Assembly: GCA_010909165.1 (NCBI GenBank)
Contig: VJWM01000044.1
Location: 1,550,001-1,614,000 of the forward strand
Direction: 5' to 3'
Source of the DNA: Anthoceros angustus
Taxonomy: Eukaryota > Plantae > Anthocerotophyta
DNA: 64,000 bases
The position numbers and the translations under genes are program-made. The first letter of the stretch is position 1. Each line of letters begins with the position of its first letter. Under the pieces are notes generated by a model that saw only the letters and a list, made by a program, of their open reading frames with translations, was not told where the DNA came from and did no database searches. Below, piece by piece: positions 22,746 to 33,852 of the stretch.

Positions 22746-23647
22746 TTAACACCAGAAATATTTTTTTAATGAGCTTAAACCAATGAAACTGAATAATCTT
22801 TGCAAAAGATATCGATATCTGTCTTCTATAACTTCATTTGTAGATTTGATATCCCATGTTTGTGTGATATCCTTGCGACATAGTTTGGAACTATTCGATT
22901 CATCCCTCCTTGTTTTCTTCCTTCTTGTTGTTGATTGGATTTTATTTTTTGGTACAAATTCCTTTGATAAAATTTGGTTGTACATTATCGAGGTTGTGCA
23001 TAAATCTTCTCTGAGGATAGCATTTGTTTTGTTTTTGCTTGGAATCTCATTGGCCTCATATAAACACGAATTTAACTCCTCAAACATGTTGTGTGATTGC
23101 GTGGATCTGTGAGAAGGTATATTGTTTTGTTTGTATGCATTTGCATGATTAGATTTATCTCTTTTTTGTGCACTTGGAAACAAACATTTCGAATGATACT
23201 TTGTGCTCTCCTTTTTCTCTTCATCCTTATTTTCTTTGTTTAAAAATGAAGCATTCGAGTGATACTTGTTTGTATCACCATTTGTGCAACCATTTTTTGT
23301 CATATTCATATTTCGGTCTGCACATTGACCAACCATATTCATATTTCGTCTAGTTAACTTTTGTTGTTTTTCATCACGTGATTGCCATATTGGTGCACTT
23401 CGAGGCAATGCAGTTTTCATTTTTTTGTGAACAACTTGTGTAGATATCTCACTTACTTGAAGTAAACATGTTTCGTTCAAACATTCGTTACATATTGGAT
23501 TTGCTAAGGATCCTGAAGAACTGGTGTTGTGGTTGTTTTGTATAATATGTTTCCAACTTAAAGTTGTGACATGTACATTCTTATTTAGCTCATTCGATGA
23601 TGGTAAATCTCTTAAAGTCGGAAAATTATCATGAGTATAAATAAGCC
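22746..23647 (-). CDS. Putative exon of an AT-rich orphan protein (N/K/S-rich)
   Basis: The 244-aa ORF stays open upstream to a CAG acceptor at about 23648-23650, giving ~300 codons. No recognisable domain, and I could not join flanking exons cleanly. Confidence 0.35.
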
Positions 23648-24773
23648 CTGATTAAATAAAAAGAGATGAAGAAAATTTAATGAGAATTTAGTTAATAGAT
23701 CGAACATTGATGCAAAACATGTTTAAATCAATAACCTGGCTCCAGAGGAAGGGACACATTGTCTTGCGCTGGTGCAGTTGATCCATTCATTGTAGCGATT
23801 AAGATACCAAACATGTATTAAGTATTGTAAGTCACGTTATCAGTTCTAAAATAGTCCTAATGTGTTGGATGTTTCAAGTGTCATGATCGGGTAGTTTTTA
23901 AATAGTTCCTTCAGTTGTATCACTACTATAGTTGACCTATAAATATTGAATGTAAAATTTAACTAAATTTGACTTTTACCCTAGTATTCATGGTGTTGTT
24001 TACCTATCACAGAATAACTCTGAAACCTAAAATGTTTGTATGGTTAACACAAGAAAACAAAGTCAAAGAGTATAGTTTACACAAGAAAATAAAGTCAAAG
24101 AGTATAGTTTACAAAAGAAAACAAAGTCAAAGAGGACTGTTGTGTCATTATATTACCATAATAGAATTAATAATATTATTTTAAAATTATTAAAATATTG
24201 ATAATGGAGGAAATTAAAAATCCATACCTGTTATATTTTTGTTTTGTCCTTCTTTAGCGAAGGAATTTTGTGCGTAAGTTCCTATAGACTTCCTTGTAAA
24301 ACAATCTCCCATTGGATCACTACTAAGATGGGTACAACAATTTCTCTATGAATCACTACTAGGATGTTGTGCTTTACTCGAACTCTCCTTAACTTGCTTG
24401 TGCATTCCTATTGTTCTCGGCTCCTAGTAAACTATATACATTCTTGACCATACGGCGTGTCTCCACTTATGGTCGGGTCACGGGTCACTGCTGAGATGGA
24501 GTGTACACTCTAAATAATTCTTGATGTTTTTTGAACTCTATGTTATATGGTCTGTCCCATGTTAAAAAACTACGTTATATGATAAGCTTTGTTTTAGCGA
24601 GCCTGCAAGGGTTCATTCTGGCCATTCCAAGAACAAATTATGAACAACTATAATTACATAAAATATGAATATTCGACTGATTGAAACAACTTGCGATATT
24701 ACAAATTGTTTTTTTCTTGTTTTCCAACGCAGAGCTAAGAGGTAGACTAATCCAATCTATTTAGAGGTTGCTT

Positions 24774-25772
24774 TCACACAGTGACGAGATTAGCGGTAGC
24801 ACAATGTTGGCGAGCTCGGCAACGGAGGTACAAGCCAGTTCGGATGAGATGCCAAAGCAGGCTCAAAAGCCATGAGAGAGCCGCAAGCATGACTGCCGAT
24901 GTCCATGTCAGGAGATGCTGACCGGGGTTTGCTGAGGTCTGGTGGAGACCGGCAAGCTTGCAAGCGAGGGTGGAGGAGAGAAACAAGTGACAGAATCCAA
25001 AGCTTGCGCTTATGCAAAAGGAGGTCACGTGGAGGTAGGGCAATTCCGAGAGCTGTAAGCTCCGCCTCAGGGCGATGAAGCCCCAGTTGGCGGTGTCGAC
25101 AGAAACCGGGAAAGCAAGTAGGGTGAGACTGCTGAGCCCGATGTCACTCCCAAGCACCAGAGCGTCGTTGAAGAGGGTACCGTACCTGCTGATCGAGGGA
25201 CGCAGAAGTGGGAGAGGCAACAGCCAGGCAGCGCCAGTGACAGAATACACGAGCAGAGCTAGAGCTGAGGTGTAGGCAAGGGCAGTGCCCACGCAGCGGC
25301 AGGCGGCAAGCAAAAAGCTGAAGACGGCTGGGGTGTCCAAGCTGATCTCGTCGTCCGGATCTGAATCCGAATAGTCTTCAGCTGCGGTCAAGATGGCTCG
25401 AGTAAACGCAGCTTCTGTCAGGCACTGGAGCAGCAGTGGGAGCAACAGAGAGGTGCAGTAGGCGGGGCCCAGAAGAAGTTGTTGTCTCGTGATATCTCGG
25501 ATGATGCTCACAGCCAGGAATTGTGAATTGGCGGCGCTGAAGAAACCTCGGCCTCGAAGCCCAAAGTACTGGAAGAGGGTGATTTGGGCACTCATCAGCA
25601 TGCAGGGAACCAGGAACGTCGTTCTACTCTTCGCAATGAGTCGGGCAGAATCGTTTGCCAGTCGCTTCCCAGAGAGGCGAAGTCTGCCGCTCTCCGACTC
25701 TTGCTGGGTTCTGCTTAAGAGGAGCTCCTGTAGACCTGCATCACCTGCTTCAGGTGCCCCGGCCTCAGCCAT
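24774..25772 (-). CDS. Uncharacterised multi-pass membrane protein (plant intronless TM family)
   Basis: 332-aa ORF with 5-6 hydrophobic segments. FPVSVDTANWGFIALRRSLQL resembles the family motif VSVLE..G..ALxRSxxL. Confidence 0.65.
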   Translation of the reverse strand: MAEAGAPEAGDAGLQELLLSRTQQESESGRLRLSGKRLANDSARLIAKSRTTFLVPCMLMSAQITLFQYFGLRGRGFFSAANSQFLAVSIIRDITRQQLLLGPAYCTSLLLPLLLQCLTEAAFTRAILTAAEDYSDSDPDDEISLDTPAVFSFLLAACRCVGTALAYTSALALLVYSVTGAAWLLPLPLLRPSISRYGTLFNDALVLGSDIGLSSLTLLAFPVSVDTANWGFIALRRSLQLSELPYLHVTSFCISASFGFCHLFLSSTLACKLAGLHQTSANPGQHLLTWTSAVMLAALSWLLSLLWHLIRTGLYLRCRARQHCATANLVTV

Positions 25773-26485
25773 TACTGCACCATTCCTTGCAACTCTCAGC
25801 CTTCGCTAGCGCAAGAATATGACAGCGCGACAGGTCACATGCATGATCTGAGTCCCTGGAAAATCGCCGGGAACCAGAAACCTTCAAAAAAAAAAGATGC
25901 ATCAAACTCCTCTGTCCGCACAGCAACAGCCAAGACCGTCGAACTACAGTCAACATGAAAAGCACGAAGGTCAATGAGATGCTGATTTCATATGACAGCA
26001 ACTGCACAGCACCCAAGAACCGGAACCTTTGGCAACTTTCAACAACCACCTACAAATGCTTAGGGATTAACAATGACAGACAGCTGCCTTTACATGAGTA
26101 CCAGGGTGGCACAGGGATTAGCAATAGGTGCTTTATGACGGTGACCGCGGCAATACAAATTTCCTGCCACCCCAGCTGCCATCTAGACGCCTACTAGAGA
26201 GGATGTCACCATCACGCCGCTACAGAATGAAGAACGCAAGTTTCACCTTTTTTTCCCAAGTCCTCAAGACAATAAGAGATCTGAGATGCTTTTCTGTCCC
26301 AGTACCGTGATCTACACCTTACCCAACAAAACGAAGAGACTGTCACTGCCAAGAGACTGGCAGCTTCAATTCAGAATCCCTAACTCCCTCGTATATCGCC
26401 TCCCACGAGCTCAGGCTTCCTGCACTCTGACATGCTTCCATGAGTGTCTTCCCGTCGTGAGTCCTCGACAAAGCGTATAATCTGC

Positions 26486-29400
26486 CTAAGTCAAAGAAAA
26501 GCTCAGCGACGATCCTGAAGTGCTTGGATGAAGAAGCCTTCTTCCATCTACTTTAAGCTCGTCATCTGTATGTACATAGACCTGGCCCCTAATCATCCTG
26601 CGAAGATCTGGCAAGAAGTCGTGAGCAGCAGGACAGCCAACCACATTGAGAACTTGAAGAGAGGGTAAGAAGGTGATCTCAGTCGGCAGCTCCGCTAACT
26701 TCGAGCAATAGCTCAGGGAAAGCCTGAGTAAAGAGCCCAAATTCTCTATTCCCCTTGGCAACTTCAGCAACTGCTCGCAGTAGTCCAGATCTAAGTACTG
26801 CAGTGACGTCAACTCACAAAGCTCATCCGGCAAGGTAGCCAAGACGCTGCACGAAACTAGTGACAGTCTTTGCAAAGACGTGAGCCCTTTAATCTCCTTG
26901 GGGAGAGATTTCAAGCTCTTACAAGAGCTGAGGGACAGTCTCTGCAACGTGGTCAGGCTGCCAATCTCCTTTGGTAGCTTTTCTATCCTGGCACAAGCGG
27001 TCAGTGACAGCTCCTCCAACGCTGACAATCCACCAATTTCCGGGCACACCACTGAGATGTTGCAGTGACCCAGGTATAACCGGCTCAAATTATGCAATGA
27101 GCCAATCTCCGGAGGCAGTCTGACAAAGCTCTTACAGCGATTCAGATTCAACTTCTGCAACGCCTCCAAGCTGCCAATTTCTGCTGGGAGAGTCTTCAGA
27201 TTCAGACAACCTGAGAGATCCATCTCCTCCAGAGCTTGTAGCTGGCTGATAGTCTTTGGCAATGATCTGATGGTCCCACAGTCTTCCATGTGAAACCTTT
27301 TCAGGGCAGCAAGGTTACCCAGAGTAGAGGGGAGTTCTTGAAGTCTGCTCCAGCCAGTCAAGTGTAGCTCTCTCAAAGCAGACAGTTGAGTGATAGGCTC
27401 TGGTAACCGCTCCATGTTTACACATCCCATCAAAGTAAGGTCTTTAAGCTGTGGTGGAAACTGCACATAAGATTTGAACACGTCAAGATTTGATTTCACT
27501 ACTAGAGATGTAGCTTTAACTGCACAAGAGATGATCATTGTTAAGCATACTTACCCGTAAACTCAGATCGATCTTATTGCACCGTATCATGACCATGTCT
27601 AGCTTTCGACATCTTCCCAGTTGAAAAGGGAACTTCATGTCCTGAACAGGCCGGCTCCAGCCCCAATAAATGAACTCTAGTTCATTCAGTGATTCAACAC
27701 GATATCCTCGAACAGCTGTGTCCTGAAGGATTAGAACCCGCAATCCTTCCATCTTGTCCACGAATCGCCCTTGCAACGGATCATGACAATTCAATAGAGA
27801 GATGCCCTCAATCCTCTTCAGTTCCTGCAAGGAGCGTGGAATTCTTCATTCAACAACAGCACAAGGACCCTAACAAACGCACAGACTTGACACTTGGAGA
27901 ACAGACGACATGTACGAAAGAGCAAGTTATCTTTACCATATTCTTGTCACCCAATATTTCGGGTAACTGGCTGGCATCTTCTGATCGGACACGAGTCTGC
28001 TGCGATAAGCTGGAACCAATGTCGGACAGCAGATCATGCATGCCTACCAGCTCCATCTTCCATGGGTACTCCGAATACCTCGTGAGCTGAGCAATCCCTG
28101 TAAGGCCTTCAGTATCTCTGGTCTTGACTGTAACCAATGCCTGCTCCACTAGGATACTCAATTTTTCCTTCCCCACAATCCGCTCCACAATCCTCCAATC
28201 CCAACCCCGGAAAAGTACAGCTATGTCCAGGAAGGTTTCCTTCATCTCTTGACTGAGTCTGTCGTAGCTCACTTGCAGCTTTCCGAAAATCTGGTCCTCT
28301 GGTAGTAGAAGCTCCTCAGCCTGCTTCATCTTCTTCCCAATGGCAACCCACTGCTCTTCCACTAGATTAGCCTCATCGGAAAACAGAGAACCGATGACCT
28401 TAAGAGCCAACGGAAGACCTTCACACTGGGGTACAATGAACTCTAGAAGTGCCTCCACACTCTTCGTCGGCATATCAGTTCTCTTCGAAGCATGAAAGAG
28501 AAACAAGTCTCTTGACTGCTGGGGGGAGAGGCAAGGAAGCTTGTAGGAGAGGTGAAAGTAAGGATGAACAGTGGTTTTACAGATCTGATCAAGCTTACTG
28601 ACGACCGCACTGGAACGAGAGGTAATCAAGACACTACTTCTGGGAGGCAGAATCTTTCCCAGATTGGGGGGAAGCAGCTCCACGACATGCTTCACTTCGA
28701 AAACATTGTCTATGGCAATGCGAGCCTGTTTGGAGCCCATTTTCAGGTTCACAAACTGATCCAGCAAAGCATTCCTTCCCTTTGAAGTATTTGAGAACTC
28801 CTTGCGGCCTCCTCCGAGCTGTTGAAGAAGCGATGCTTGCAGCTTCCTCAAATACACATCATCCGGATTCTTTCCAACTTCAATGAAAGCGAAGAGCCTC
28901 TTTTCATTCTTCTCTACTGATGTGATCACCTCGTGCAGCAAAGTTGTCTTCCCTAGCCCACCTTGGCCGTGAATCCCAACGGTGCATATCCCTTCTTGCT
29001 GAAGGAAATCCACAATGTGGTTGACATGCTGATCAATACCGACACTGATGACAGGTCCCAGATCTGGGGTGCTGATTGCGTCAGGTGCATGGGACACACG
29101 ACTTCTCACTGCAGCTAATGCTGCAAAGGTCAAATTGTCCTGGAGAGTCTTCAACTCGCAAACTGCCCTCTCTAGGTGCAGCTTAATGCCAGTATCCGCA
29201 GATGACACACAGAAAAACCTGCAAACACAGTTTCTGCATACACTACATCAAAGAGAGCTTGGCCAAACTTGAGGCAAGAACACACTAATTCCATGTGACA
29301 CGCTTGTGTTAAAATCAATCTACGTACTGACAAGCTACCTTTGACAAGAGGTCGGCTTTCTCTCAAGGTATCTTATCACGGCAGCACAATAGAGAAGTGT

Positions 29401-29903
29401 TCCGGCAGCAATTCTGAACACGTCACTATCAGTGGGCAGGAAGAGCCTTAGCTCGCCGATTTGTTTGCCCACATGCTCAGTTTGACTGGTCAAGCTGGTC
29501 CATTTCTCCTCGTCCCCAACATGCTCAACCTGATCAATTTTGGAGTTGATGTAAGCAGCCAACTTGAAGGCTAGGCCAAACCAGCTCAAGTTCCTCGAGC
29601 TATTCTTGATGTCAGAGACGAGAGTCTCAGCACTGGCAGAGGGAGTTCTCAAGTCGGTTTCTGGCACCTGGAAAGAACCAGAGAGATTGGGTTACGCTCA
29701 CGCTGCAGGCATCCAAGCTGCCCCAAACAACAAACCGAATGCCGAGGGAAATTTACCTTGCGCCGAAACTCTTCCAGTCGGTTACGGTGATTGTCCAGTA
29801 TGTCCCCGATCTGCTTGAGATGCTGTGACAGTACCGGAGTTCCAAGCTCTGGGTCTATATGGTGAGCATGGCCGTTTGGCTGCTGCTTGTCACTGTCACT
29901 CAT
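26486..29903 (-). CDS. NB-ARC-LRR (NLR) immune receptor with non-TIR helical N-terminal domain; exons 29903-29757, 29667-29339, 29218-27937, 27824-27555, 27460-26486
   Basis: P-loop GQGGLGKTT, kinase-2 IAIDNV, RNBS-B SVLITSR, GLPLALKVIG, RNBS-D FLDIAVLF, MHDLL, and about 11-12 24-aa LRRs (LPxEIGxLxxLQxLxL..C). All four introns are GT-AG and frame-consistent. Confidence 0.92.
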
Positions 29904-30983
29904 AGTGACAATCCCGAGTTGGCACCTTGAAACCTAGCCCTTCTGCCTGATGAAATGCCTCTTTGCAGAAGGGCTCACAAGGCTCACGAATGTAGTTACG
30001 CCTGGGGAGACCTGCTCTCAGCAGACACTATAAGACCCAACCTTCCTTACTTCTCAATCACAATCTACAGTGCCGGCAAGCAAGCAATTCATGAGAATGC
30101 CTCAGCCCTGTCATCTCGCCATCACCGAAAGTCATGCTTGACACGCCTGATGAACAGTAGCGGGGACTTTGAGGCCGACACTGGTGCCCGGTCACATTCT
30201 CTGCTCCAATAGATACAGATTCCACAGCGCGCTGCTCCACTTTCCGAATTGCAACACCTACCTTCCCTCATAAACTGGCCCCGGACGCCAGTACCCTGTC
30301 CCTGCTGTCGCTATCCACCACCTTCCCCCAAAAAGAGTGATCACTCCACTGCTACACAAGGACCTTCCCCCATATCACGTCGATCTGCCACTGTGTCGGG
30401 TCCAGTATATTGGATATAACGCGACGCAGAAATTCCTCATCCGCTGGCCGCTCTCCTTCCCACATGCCTGCGCGCAAGCCAACGATCCGCATCTCAAAGC
30501 CCCTCCGCCGGCGCCCGCATCTGGTGCCCACAAGGCCTGCACGAATCCACACACCGGAGCTTAGGGGAAGCACGGAAACAGAGCCCAGAGCCAACAAGAA
30601 GCAAATGCTGCCCGGGAGCAGGTCCAGCACTGCTCGATCTGGCCTCACACGGCATTGCACAAACAAAACCTACTTCCCGGAGCGGGCACCACATTCACAC
30701 AGCAGCTGCAAGCCCCTTCGCCCAGCTGGGAAGCAGACGAGGTGGGGAGCAGGATGCAGAGCGGCAGCACGGAAGCCAGCAACAGGAACAGGCATAGCAA
30801 CAGCAGCTGCGGTTGACCAAGTACCGAATGGCAGGCCAGGCTCTAATTGCCCCACTCCGCGCCTCCCCCGAGCGCATTGCCCATGAAGCCTGACACCCGC
30901 ATTGCAGGAGGCTCCAGCCTGCGAGGCGCAGCGGCGGCGCCCAGATGCCCAGGAAAAGGTGGGCGCTGCTCTGCTGCGGCGGC

Positions 30984-31171
30984 GGGTGCGGGTGCGGGTG
31001 CGGGTGCCGGGGACAGTGCCACTGCCAGAGCTGGTGCAGACGGAAGTGCGAGTGCAAGTGCAGAGGCAGGCACACGCACAGGAGCAGGTGCGCGGCGAAG
31101 AGAGACGTGTGCAGGCCAGGCCGCTGTGGTGGGCACCGAGACAATGCCGATCGCGCAACAGCAACAGCAAT

Positions 31172-31214
<43 letters not shown>

Positions 31215-31938
31215 GCAAGTGCATCGGCCACAGTGTGGACTGTGGACTGTGGACTGTGGACTGCGTGTTGCGCGGGGACCTTCTTCCTCCCTCAGCTGGC
31301 ACGGCGTGTGCGCCCGCATAATACGGTACTGGCCCGGCTGCCCCCTCGGCCTGGCGCCCCGGGAAGCTCTTACCCCGGGCGCTTGCGGGCGGCGGGCGGA
31401 ACGGTCGGCCCACGTCGCCGGCTGCTGCGCCACCCGGCCTCTGGCTTCCCGCACCCTGGACGACGCCCAACGGACATAACGGGCCCCGTCTAGCCCGGGC
31501 GCATGCGGGTGCCCTGACTCGGGACATACATAGGATGCTCATCCGTAAGGCCTGGGGTGCGCGAAACGCTTTACACCTGGCTGGCGTTTTCTTTTCTCGC
31601 TCCGTTCGGGTTCGGGTTGGGGTCCGCGTTCGGTTTTTGTGCGTCGCCGGAGCCCAAGACCGGGCGCGCCATCCAACCCGCGTCCCGACGGCAGCTACTC
31701 TGCCCACTGCACGAGCTGTGTCCAGACTCGGTTGAAATCCCAAGCGCAGCTGCCTACTGGAGGACCGGAATCTGGTGAACAGTTCCATCAGATGCTTCAC
31801 CTTGTGCCAAACTCCACTGTCACCAAGCATATGTACCTTTCTATATGCTTGTTGTCACTCTCCGATTCATGCCAAACCGAGCCACAGCCACAGCCACAGC
31901 CACAGCCGCAGCCGCAGCCACAGCCACAGCCACAGCCA
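30984..31938. repeat. Microsatellite cluster: (GGGTGC)n ~30984-31007, (CAACAG)n ~31156-31217, (TGTGGAC)n ~31234-31261, (CAGCCA/CAGCCG)n ~31881-31938
   Basis: Seen directly in the sequence. Confidence 0.9.
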
Positions 31939-33557
31939 GATGAGACTCCATGTATATCCGGATGTGAAAAACATGCAGTACATGGCTCATGATGGGAACA
32001 TACCTTCGGTGCTTGCAAGCCAAAGCCTGCCTGCTCCGCTCATCTTGAAGCAGCCAGTACCTGTCCTCATCTCTTGGGCTGGGAATTGTCCTGCCGTCCC
32101 CACCTTGCATCACCTACCTTGGGAGGGCGAGCCCGAGGGCAATCATGCTCACTCATGCGTTCTTCTTTTGACGGGTTTACACGGCTTCGGTGCCGCACCC
32201 CAGCAAGGACAAGGAACGACCCGGAGCAGGCGTTGCTTGCTGGGGAAGAAGCCGAGTGGGATGTCGTCTGGGCGACTAGATTGCGAGATGCCTCTGGTTG
32301 GGGACACAGTTTTTTTAATAAAGGTGGGGTTTGAAGCACATGGAGAAAGGGAATCCGCCTCTCCATCGGTTGCTTGCGGTGCTAGTGCTACACATGTTCC
32401 ATATTGCAGATCTTGCAGCACTAGCGAGAGGGATGCATATTCCCTGGGGCACGGGGGGTTGGAGCAGCGTCATCCGCGTCAGTATCTGCTGGGCTGTATC
32501 ATGTATGCAAGATTGCCTGCTTGGCAGCCACTGCATGACATCATCTGTCTAGCGCGACCACATGCGATGGAGTGGGGGAGAACGCAAACTTTGCTGGGCA
32601 GCTTCATGCAGCTCCTCTAATGGTGGTATAGCTGTTTTCGCGTAGCCAGGTTCCTGTGCTGGGTTGATGACAATTCACGGCCTCCGATGATCCGGCCCCC
32701 GTCACCCGTGGAGGAGCCATGAAGACCTCACTCTTGCGGGCGCCGCCAAGGGCCCACCGGCTAGTGTAGCAAAGATACACTGCCACCACTCTGCGAGTCG
32801 CGACAGGTGAGATGTACCGCATGCTTCGAGGCTGTCATGCATTTGTTTGTGGCCGCCACATCCTGCGTTACTGCGTACAGCAGCGAGTCCCAACCAACCA
32901 AATGTGTGGGGTGGATTCATGGGCTTGTGGGACATGTCATGGCAGTGGCCCTGAAGTAGTTGACATGACAGGCAGAGGTTTGGCATAGGCTGGAATCCGC
33001 AGGGCACCCTGGAGACGACAATCGATCATCCATCCAGACTTCGACTGCATACCTAGGTCTTCATGACTCTCACCTCTGCATACAAGTTGCAACTGCAACT
33101 CGTGGGGTGGCATGAATCCACGCTGTTGCCGCTCTTCTCATGGGAAGAAGAAGAAGAAGCACATTAAAGTCCGGGTAGGTATTGTAAAAAAACTCACGAG
33201 GAGGACGACGGGACCCCGGAGCGCTTCTTCCTCATCAGGCCCGACGGATACGATGATCCTGGCCTTTCTTCCTTGACATACCTTCCCTTCCCGTCACTCG
33301 AGGTCGATAGGATTCTGCTAATCGCATCATTTCGGGTTTGGTTCATCTCGGGCAACAGAGCATCAGCATGAGCAGGGGATGTCCCGCGGACGCAGACTTG
33401 AAGAACAGGTGAACCACCACCAGTGCTCGTCACTATCCAACAACGACAATGCCGTGAGCCCACCACTACCAACACCAAGAATTGCTGTCTGTACTGCAAT
33501 ACAAGTTCCACAAAAGTAGATTACTTAATTCCTGTGTTGCATAGTGTTGAGCACCAA

Positions 33558-33629
33558 GGGCATTTGGTCTAGTGGTATGATTCTTGCTTAGGGTGCAAGA
33601 GGTCGCGAGTTCGATTCTCGCAATGCCCC
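33558..33629 (+). tRNA. tRNA-Pro (AGG)
   Basis: GGGCATT/AATGCCC acceptor stem, A-box TGGTCTAGTGG, anticodon arm CTTGC-TTAGGGT-GCAAG, T-arm GCGAG-TTCGATT-CTCGC; 72 nt. Confidence 0.95.
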
Positions 33630-33852
33630 CTTGCACAAACCGTTCTGTGACACGTTCCCACCGGTTACTGTTCCAAGGTTAGGTGGCTTTTTTCTTTTCG
33701 GTCCACAGCACCTTGTTCTAGTTCGCCCAAGCTGGACGCGAGCGCGCGAACAAGAGGGGATTGTAAAGGATGGTTCCAGATCGGTGGCATCTTCCTGCTC
33801 CTGGGCTTGTGAAGTTGTAATGGGTATGGAACTTGACGAGGACGGGGAAGTC

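Noticed and set aside
30670-31830. 386-aa ORF and overlapping poly-L, poly-C and poly-AV ORFs
   Set aside because: Kept open by GC-rich microsatellites; no domain signal.
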